A stretch of 64,000 nt of DNA. Origin: Veleropilina oligotropha. Taxonomy: Eukaryota. The notes below the pieces were generated by a model. It worked only from the letters and a program-made list of their open reading frames with translations, did no database searches and was not told the DNA's origin. This document shows, in pieces, positions 55,301-64,000 of the stretch. Made by a program: the position numbers and the translations under genes. Location of the stretch: NCBI GenBank assembly GCA_048128005.1, contig JBEUKZ010000013.1, positions 124,001-188,000 of the forward strand, written 5' to 3'. Within the stretch, counting starts at the first letter, position 1, and each line of letters begins with the position of its first letter.

Positions 55301-56943
55301 AATAATAATAATAATAATAATGGACATTTGTATTGCGCCATATCCACCCACGAATGCATGCTCATAGCGCTACATTGATATAAATAAACGATTTATACGT
55401 AATACAACCGAAATAAGTAAGTTTTCAACGATGCTTTGAACGAGTTCAGAGATGGAGATTGTTTGAGAGGTAAAGGAAGCTTATTCCAGAGGGTCGATGC
55501 CGCATGCGCAAACGATCGATAACCGAAAGATTTCAGTTTTCGTTTGGGAATAACGAGCAGTTTTTTATTCTCAGATCTGAGGCTTCTGCCTGGCGCATAC
55601 TCAGTGACAAGGTCAGACAGGTAATCGGGGGCTGTTTTGTCAATACACTGGTACGTTATAGATAACAGCTTGTACTCGATTCTCGCCTTCACTGGTAGCC
55701 AATGTAGCGCCTTTAGAACCGGAGTGATGTGCTGCCTCTTGTTGGTGAGAGAGACTATCCGAGCTGCAGTATTTTGAATCTTTTGGAGTTTATGAAGCTG
55801 TTTGTTATCGAGTCCAAACAGGAGGGAGTTGCAGTAGTCTAATCTTGATAAGACCAAGCTTCGAACCAGAGTATGGGCAGCATCAAATGTTATTTGGTGC
55901 CTAATATTGCCAATGGTACGAACATGGAAAAAACAAGTTCTGATTAGATTATCAACCTGAAGTGCCATTGACAGAGTTGGTTCAAGGTACACACCAAGGT
56001 TCTTAACAGATGACGATGGGCAAATCAGGGCTTCTCCTATTTTCACTTGGTTGCATTCAATTTGATTAAGTTGTTGATTGCTTCCAATGATCATTACTTC
56101 CGTTTTCGCATCGTTTAGTTTGAGCATTTGCGAAGTCATCCATGTCTTTATTTCTTGAGTACAGCTTGCAACCTGTTCAGTCGACTCAATAATGTCAGAA
56201 GGGTTGAAGTTATCAACAAGCTGAGTATCATCCGAGTAAGAATGATGAGCGATGTCATATTTGGCGATGAGATTTCCCAGAGGGTTCATATAAAGCAGAA
56301 ACAGGATGGGACCTAGAACAGAACCTTGAGGCACTCCACAGTTGAGTAGCGCTTTGTCAGACTGTTCCGACTTGACAAGGATGGTCTGTGATCTGCCTGT
56401 AAGATATGAACAGAACCACCTAAGTGCTGTTCCGTCAATGCCGATCTGTTGTTGTAAAGTCTGCAGGAGTTTATCATGATCGATGGTGTCGAAGGCAGAG
56501 CTTAAATCAAGCAGCACTAAAGAAGACATGTTGCCCGAATCAACTGCGGTACGTAGATCATTTAGAATCCTCAGCAGTGCAGTTTCAGTGCTATAGTGAC
56601 GGCGGTAAGCAGATTGAAACTTGTCAAGAAGTTGGTGTTTGATGAGGTGATCAATCAATCTTATGCTGACAGCCTTCTCGAGGACTTTCGACACAAAGCA
56701 TAGATTGGACACTGGTCGATAGTTTTTCAGATTTTGAGCGTCGAGATTATCCTTCTTCAGGAGCGGGTTAACCACTGCTGCCTTAAAACTGTCAGGGAAT
56801 GTCCCAGATACAAGACTCTCATTAATGATCTTAGTCATGTCAGGGAGGAGCACGTCCAGACAGTCTACAACAATTCTAGATGGAACTGGGTCCAGAGTGC
56901 ATGTAGTCTGCTTGCAGGATTTGATTATTTGTTCCACTTCCGA
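55301..56943 (-). mobile_element. 5'-truncated L2/CR1-clade LINE
   Basis: RT ORF, short 3' UTR and (TTA)n tail at 55301-55321. Confidence 0.9.
55393..56937 (-). CDS. Non-LTR reverse transcriptase (ORF2 C-terminal 514 aa, uninterrupted)
   Basis: NYRPVSNL, LLDLSSAFDT, GVPQGSVLGP, YSDD, SRLDYCNS, LHWLPV. Confidence 0.93.
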   Translation of the reverse strand: MEQIIKSCKQTTCTLDPVPSRIVVDCLDVLLPDMTKIINESLVSGTFPDSFKAAVVNPLLKKDNLDAQNLKNYRPVSNLCFVSKVLEKAVSIRLIDHLIKHQLLDKFQSAYRRHYSTETALLRILNDLRTAVDSGNMSSLVLLDLSSAFDTIDHDKLLQTLQQQIGIDGTALRWFCSYLTGRSQTILVKSEQSDKALLNCGVPQGSVLGPILFLLYMNPLGNLIAKYDIAHHSYSDDTQLVDNFNPSDIIESTEQVASCTQEIKTWMTSQMLKLNDAKTEVMIIGSNQQLNQIECNQVKIGEALICPSSSVKNLGVYLEPTLSMALQVDNLIRTCFFHVRTIGNIRHQITFDAAHTLVRSLVLSRLDYCNSLLFGLDNKQLHKLQKIQNTAARIVSLTNKRQHITPVLKALHWLPVKARIEYKLLSITYQCIDKTAPDYLSDLVTEYAPGRSLRSENKKLLVIPKRKLKSFGYRSFAHAASTLWNKLPLPLKQSPSLNSFKASLKTYLFRLYYV

Positions 56944-57235
56944 AAACTATGCAAACTATGCAAAGCCCAATACGTGGGCCAAACCAAAATACAATTTAAA
57001 CACCGCTTAAGCGAACATCTTCGCTAGGCCAGGCTCAACAAGGACGAACCCAAAGTGTTCACTTCAACCAACCGAACCACACGTTCAAACATATGCAATT
57101 CAAGATAATCGACTTGATATATGGCGATCCCGACGACTCCCGTTCCAAAACACTTAGGAACTGCATGCAGAGAACATTACTGGATTTTTCAGCTCCATAC
57201 ACTCCTACCCGTTGGCCTAAACTGTTTGGATCTAG
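56944..57235 (+). pseudogene. Decayed GIY-YIG endonuclease fragment, Penelope-like retroelement
   Basis: CKLCKAQYVGQT...HRLSEHLR*, then HFNQPNH and EHYWIFQLHTL.P.GLN across frameshifts. Confidence 0.7.
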
Positions 57236-58057
57236 CCTGAGACTAGCAATACAAATGATAGACGCGCATTGAAAATCAGATGCGGGTGGCGCCTGAGAAT
57301 CGAAACATTTGTATGCAGCCTAAGTTATATGCGATAATGTATTTCTTGACCTTTTGACCTTAGTGCAGACACCAAGTTCGAGGAGGACCGAGCCACATGA
57401 GCACCCTACCTTGTGTAAAATTTTAAAGTGAATGAGATCAGTAAATTTTTAGTTATGTTCACAGACAGACAAACAGACGAACCCAAACGCAATACCCTCG
57501 CCTCCCTCCAGGGGACGAGGGTAATAAACACCAGGCAAAATACCCGAAAATTGCAAGTGAATATAAAATCAATGCTCTGTCATCTGAAATTTTCCCATGC
57601 TTTCTTGATGAAAATGGTCTTGGGCACATATTTATTCTTTGGGTGGGCTAATTCTTTGAATGGATCCATCTAACACTCTAATTCCATTTCCTATACAAGG
57701 CAATCAGAGATTACAAACCATTGCCTGTTGCGCTTCATCATTTGTAATAGCTAGAGCAATCAGAAGATTATGCGAAAATGTGTTTTCGTTATCTTTCGAC
57801 ACCTGTGCCCAAACGGGGAGGCGAGGGTAATGAATCCATTGTGATAATTAGCTTTCAGTAGCTGTGTATTTCTCTGTATTTTAAATGTATAGCATACTTG
57901 ATGTTGACAGAAATAGGTAATGGTGTGCATTAATTATGATCTCTTTGATTGCATAAACACAAATAGAAAGCCTCTTCCATTGTGATTGCCTCAATCATGG
58001 TGAATGTGATTTAATAAATTTAAATGTTGCTGATACAATGATTATTTCTCACTTCAG

Positions 58058-59287
58058 ATTGATGGGAAAGTTGTCGGTATGCTATCGGTGGGGCAGTTCC
58101 GAAGCCTAGGATTGGAAGCCATAGGTGACATTGTAGCTTTGGAAGAATATTGCAAAAGCAATGTCAACTCTGCGAGTGAGGATACTAGCACATCTCATAG
58201 AGTGGGAAAAAAGAAAAGAACACAGTTGCTAAAATCTTTGCTCATGTCCACAAATGAGTTTGAAAGTAAGTCAACTGGTCAGAATATTAAAATGAAGCCA
58301 TCATCTCGGTTTGGACGCCCAAAGTCCTTTTCACGAAAGGTATCATTTGGGCTCAGACGAGGTACTATTACATTTTTTCATCAAGTAAGAGCTCCTCTTG
58401 GGGACTCCAATATGCTAAGTCTGTCATTTGATACAAACCTCAGCTATTTGGGCATATTGACCCTAATGAAGTCAACATTATTTCCCCATGACCAAAACCA
58501 TGAACTTGGGTTGTTAGCTGATTTTACTACAATGGTTGTCAATGCATCAAACCATTGTATTAACTGTACTTCGAATTTTACACTTGCCAATTATATAGAA
58601 TCAAAAATGATCACTGGTATTGTACGACTGCATCGGCTTTGTACTTTGAAAGAGGATGATACATCACTGGACTCGCCTGTCGAAGATGCTACTACACAAG
58701 AATCGACTCATATGGAACCAGATAACCAGCGTTTTACTAATGTGACAAGCAGTGGTGAAGTTGCATTTCGCACGTCAACACCAGTCATGCCAGTGCATTC
58801 CATGGAAACAAAGTTGGCAGAATTGCCAGACATTGATGCTTGGTTTTGTCCAAGCCCCACAGCAACTACAGATACCATGTTACAAGTGTCACAGGCTGTC
58901 AGAACAGATAGCGCGACTGCCACTATGAGTACATGGAGTATGACAAATTTAACACCTATTTGCAAATCTGAGCTGCCGAAAGCTAATGAAGATTGTGATA
59001 TTGTCGATTTGCATCAAGTGCTTGCGAATTTCAGCACCCAAATAAATGACGATGGATGTAACATTGTCAATGTTGTGAGGCAAAACGTTTTAGATGGAGG
59101 TATAAGGGCATTTAACCGAACATCATTCCAGCCAGAAAAAAATTGTCATTAAAATTTGCAGGAGAAGACGGAGTAGATGGCGGGGGGCTGACTCGAGAAT
59201 TCATGCGGTTGGCTACTGTTGCTATCAGAGACCACAATATTTTCTGCGGGCCTCCATCAGCTCGATTGCTGCAGTTGGATTATTCAT
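58058..59287 (+). CDS. Exon of a SAM-like plus HECT E3 ligase (G2E3-like) gene; 1-bp frameshift in an A-run near 59135-59142
   Basis: Acceptor TTTCTCACTTCAG; IDG...LGL..IGD; KFAGEDGVDGGGLTREF (HECT start); donor GTATGT at 59288. Confidence 0.7.
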
Positions 59288-59419
59288 GTATGTATGAAAT
59301 TAAAACTTTAAATAATGTCAATTAACAGGTGAAATGCAATCCAGGTTATTCCAATTTCATTAACAGTCTATGTATACGTAGGTTGGGGGGCACAAAGTGT
59401 TGGTACCCACATCCGTCCA

Positions 59420-60255
59420 TCCAAATTTGGTTTCAGGGAGATATAACTATTGAGGGCATATGCTTTGATTTTCCGAAACTTGATACACTTGTAGCATAAA
59501 TTCACCAGCCAAATTCGATTTCTGGCCTGATCTGTAGTTAAAGATGGCCATTCTAGATTTAGTCATCCAAAGTGGTTTTCGTGCGGTAACTCTTGAAAGC
59601 CTGCTTTGATTTTCATGAAACTTTATGCACTTACTGGTAGCATCAATTCACCGCCTAAGTTCGATTTCTGGCCACATCTGACGGTCAATATAAAGATGGC
59701 CGTCCATGGCCATTTTGGATTTTGCAATCCAAAGTGGTTTCCAGGAGATAACTATTGACGGCAAAACTTTATACACTTGTAGCATCAATTCACCGGCCAA
59801 GTTCGATTTCAGGCCAGATCCAAAGTTAGAGATGGCCAACAGTGGTCATTTTAGATTTTGCCATCTGTAGTGGTTTTCGTGCGATAACTCTTGAATGCAT
59901 GATTTGACTTTCACAAAACTTTATGCACTTGTAGCATCAATTCACCATTTAGGTTCCATTTCTGGCCAGATCTCAAGTTCAAGATGGCCACCAGTGGGCA
60001 TTTTGTATTTTGCCATCCAAAGTGGTTTCCGTACAATACATTTTGAAGGCATGCTTTGATTTTCACGAAACTTTATACAATTACAAACTATATGCACTTG
60101 TAGCATAAATTCACCTCATATGTTCAATTTCTGGTACGATCCGAAGTCCAAGATGGCCACGATGGTGCATGAGTGGTCGTTTTGGATTTTACCAACCAAA
60201 GTTGTTTCCATGCGATAACTCGTGAAGGCATGCTTTGATGTAGCATTAGTTCACC
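59420..60255. repeat. Diverged tandem repeat (~125-bp unit)
   Basis: Recurrent CACTTGTAGCATCAATTCACC...TTCTGGCC...AAGATGGCC...CCAAAGTGGTTTCC. Confidence 0.8.
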
Positions 60256-60819
60256 TTGCCGTTAATCAAGTCTCATTCTTCAACTTTTGCATGTTAACAA
60301 ATATAAGTTTTAAATATCAGGAGTTTGCAATTTGAAACTTTTGTTTCCATGTTTTATTGGGTATTCGATATTCTAACTTAATCATAGTACATTTATAAGT
60401 ACCTTCTAATAGTCTTATAGACTGGCAAAACTCAAATCACTTGACAAACTTATACCAGGGGCATATATATATATATGCCATGTTTCGGGGAACTTAATTC
60501 TAGTTATTTAATATTTGATTTCAGTTTACTGGCTCATATCCCCGCCCGAAGGGTTAATTAGCGGTGATATAGGAATTGCAATGTCCATACGTACGTCCGT
60601 AAACAATTTTGGTTAAAGATTTTGGACGATGATTAACACTAATTTGTTAAATGAATATCAGTACCAAACCTTTTCACATGGGTAAAACACATCATAATCT
60701 TTCAATTAAGACCTAAATTTAACTAGAGGCATGATCCTCATATATGCCTTTTGCATATATATAAATCCATAGAGAGTAAAATAATCAATAACTGAAATTT
60801 TCCACTTTGTTCACTCTTT

Positions 60820-61920
60820 CCCAGAATGGAAATACACGATAAAGACCTTTACCGTTGACCCAGTGACCCATCTTTCACGTAGTAAATTAAGGCCTGATGA
60901 TACAAAAGGTAAATACCATATATGTATGCTGTAGATCCAGCAGTTCGTCTTCAATGTGACAAAAAGCAATATTTCAAGTACCAGAACGGAAATACATGAA
61001 AATGATCCTTACCTTTGACACAGTAACACATCTTAGAACTTAGGCAAGGTCTGATGGTATACAAGGCGTATACCCATGCAATATGAAACATGTAGGTCCA
61101 GGGGTTCATTTTCTATGTTACAGAAAGCAATCTTCCATGTGCCAGAACAGAAATACACAAAAATGACCATGACCTTTGACGCAGTGACCTCATCTTTGAA
61201 CTTAGGCAAAGCCTGATGGTATACACGGTGTATACCCACCCAATACCAAAGGCGTAGGTCCAGTGGTTCATGAATTCTATGCGACAGAAAGCATTGTTTC
61301 ATGTGGCAGACAGAAATACATGAAAATGACCTTGACCTTTAACCTATCTTTGAACTTCGGCAAGGCTTGATTGCATACAAGTTGTATTCCCAATATGAAA
61401 GGTGAAGGTCCATGGGTTTGTCTTCAATGTGACAGAAAGCAATCTTCCAAGTGCCTGAATGGAAATACACGAAAATGACCTTGACCTTTGACCCAGTGAC
61501 TCCATCTTTGAACTAAGGCAAGGCCTGGTGTTATGCAAAGTGTATGCCAATTATGAAAGGTGCAAGTCCAGCAGTTCGTCTTCTATGTGACAGAAAGCAA
61601 TCATCAAAGTGCCATCTGGAACGGCACTACACAATAATGACCTTGACCGTTGACCCAATCATTGAACTTGGGCATAGCATGATGGTAAACAAGGTGCATA
61701 CCCAATATGAATGCTGTAGGTCTAGCGGTTCATCTTCTGTGACAGAAAGCAATCTTCAAAGTGCCATCTTGAATGGAAATACACGAAAATGTCCTTGACC
61801 TTTGACCCAGAGACTCCATATTTGAACTTATCCAAGGCCTGATGGTATATACAAGGTGTACACCCAATATGAAAGGCGTAAGTCCAGCGGTTTGTCTTCT
61901 ATGTGACAGAAAGCAATCAG
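60820..61920. repeat. Diverged tandem repeat (~160-bp unit)
   Basis: Recurrent GAAATACACGAAAATGACCTTGACCTTTGACC...TGTGACAGAAAGCAATC. Confidence 0.8.
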
Positions 61921-61964
61921 ATGACGGATGTCTGATGCCAGTCCACGGCTATATAGAAGGCGAG

Positions 61965-62600
61965 CCAAAAAATAATAATTTTAATTTATATTGTAAAATG
62001 ATGTATTTGAAAATATGCTTTTTCAAGAAAAAAGGGATTCGGTTAAATTTTTCAGTTGAAGGTTTTCTTACATTTATTGGATGTATATCAATACCATACC
62101 TTTTCATATGAATAATACATATCATAATCTTTCATTTAAGATCCAAGGTTTAAAAAAATAATTGTAATTTATATTTTAAAATGACGTATTTGAACATATA
62201 CTTTTTCTAGAAAAAAAGAACTTGTTTAAGGTTTTTGGTTGGTTTTCTTACATTTATTGAAGGGATATCAATTATACCATATCTTTTCATATGGATAATA
62301 CACATTATAATCTAAGTTTTTCTTTCATTTAAGACACAAATTTAAAAAAATAATTTTACTTTATATTGTAAAATGATGTATTTGAACATAGACTTTTTCA
62401 GGAAAAAACGGGATCCTGTTCAAGTTTTTAGCGATAGGTTTTCTTACATTTATTGGAGGGATATTAATACCAAACCTTTTCATATGGATAATACACATCA
62501 TAATCTTTCATTTAAGACCCAAATTGATTTTGTTTTTAAATTTATATTGTTAAAAGACGTATTTGAACTTATACTTTTATATGAGAAAATGGGATTTGGT
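61965..62600. repeat. AT-rich tandem repeat (~180-190-bp unit)
   Basis: Recurrent GGTTTTCTTACATTTATTG...CTTTTCATATG.ATAATACACATCATAATCTTTCATTTAAGA. Confidence 0.75.
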
Positions 62601-63366
62601 CACCGTCAGCTTACAACCCTTTATTAAATGAATGTCATTATTTGATCAAATTTGCATCCCTATTGATTTTAGAGGCGGGGGATTTGCCCATTTTGTAACG
62701 GCCTGTTTCCTGTTTTAAAACCTATGGTTATATTGAGACATACCATTTATTGGAGGAAAGCCCAAGAAACCGATCCTATTTACTGTGTCTGCATGATAAA
62801 TCCAAAGTTCATGCAGTATGTCTAGTGTAATACCACACCACTTGTCACCAGGAGAGTTGCAAGTGAAATATTTGAACAGATTTTGGCATGCTAAATATCA
62901 TATATAGTTTGTTGTTTGGCCAGCCTGTCAGGCAGGGCTCTAGTCGGCGGGAGCATTAGCACGTACGTTTAGTGAAGACAAACTGCCGTACCTAAATCTT
63001 CAATATTTTGGCATACACCTTACATACCATCAGATCTTGCCTACTTCAAAGATGAGGTCACTGTGCCACGTACAGTTCAATGTCATTTTTGCCTATTTTC
63101 ATTCTGTCACTAGGAAGATTGCTTTCTGTCGCATAGAAGACGAACCAATAGTCATATATGCCATTGATATTTGTCAAACACCTTGTATACAATCAGACCT
63201 TAAATAAATTCAAAGATGAGATTACTGTGTGAAAGGTCAAGACTATTTATTATGTAATATTTACATTCTCTCATGTGGTTTGACAATGTGCAGATGTCAC
63301 ACTGGAAGTAATTTGAATGCATACAGTAGATTAAAATGCAATATAAATATTTTGCATGTATTTCAG

Positions 63367-63542
63367 GCCTTGAATCAAAATCCTACTTGGTTATAGGGAA
63401 GATGCTTTCATATTTCCTGGTGCATCGAGGCCCAAGCTTGCAGTTTCTAAATCCACTGCTGTATTCATGTATTGCTGGTGTTCAGGTTGAACCAACTATC
63501 GATGATTTGACAGACTTTGATGTTAAATCAACTCTTCAGAAG
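63367..63542 (+). CDS. Next HECT-domain exon
   Basis: Acceptor TTTCAG and donor GTATTT; phase 1 matches the previous exon; YLVIGKMLSYFLVHRGPSLQFL is HECT-like. Confidence 0.7.
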
Positions 63543-64000
63543 GTATTTATTAAATAAGTAAAATAATATTATAATTCTAAAATTAAATGATCCAAAGGCA
63601 TTTAGCCAAACAAATGTTTCACTAAAAGCAGCCTTGGAAATATATGAATAATCTGGGGATATTTGTTCGGACTGCATACCGGCTATTATTTTGCAATCAA
63701 CACCCTTCTAGCTCATTCATTGGATACATCGCGTCAATTTTAATATTGGTCATATCCGACCTTTTATATTGGGTCAACGCAAGCATTATTTCACTTCTTA
63801 CTCCATACGTAACAGATGACCATCAATGCCAAACGTAAATTATAGGAGCAAACATTGCAAAAAGCATGCTCATGTTGACTGTGCAATACATGAACGTATC
63901 TTGCAAGCATATTTTGTTAGTGACCGAATACATAATTACCTCACTCTAACTGAATATATATCATATCTGATATCATGCATAAAAATTGTTTATTAATAAA

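Overview
AT-rich, repeat-dense eukaryotic (invertebrate-like) genomic DNA interrupted by a visibly GC-richer 32.9-kb block (20013-52880). The block is two nested copies of one endogenous Polinton/Maverick-like DNA virus. The outer copy (20013-28437 plus 45491-52880, about 15.8 kb net) has 163-bp terminal inverted repeats (TIRs) starting AGCAGCAG and a 5-bp target-site duplication (TSD) CTTTC. A second 17.05-kb copy (28438-45490) with 184-bp TIRs has inserted in opposite orientation into the packaging-ATPase gene of the first, with TSD CGGGG. Each copy encodes an rve integrase, an A32-like packaging ATPase, putative major and minor capsid proteins, several predicted membrane proteins and a fast-diverging secreted Cys-rich protein. 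Each also encodes an unusual replicase polyprotein: OTU-like protease motifs, a divergent family-B polymerase with no recognisable exonuclease, an SF1B helicase and an HNH-like domain. No standalone maturation protease was recognised. The host flanks carry a C2H2 zinc-finger exon, a decayed DNA-transposon-like gene, a 5'-truncated L2/CR1 LINE, a Penelope-like GIY-YIG fragment, SAM/HECT exons, a tRNA-derived unit, MITE-like hairpins and satellites. All domain calls come from motif reading by eye; no searches were run.
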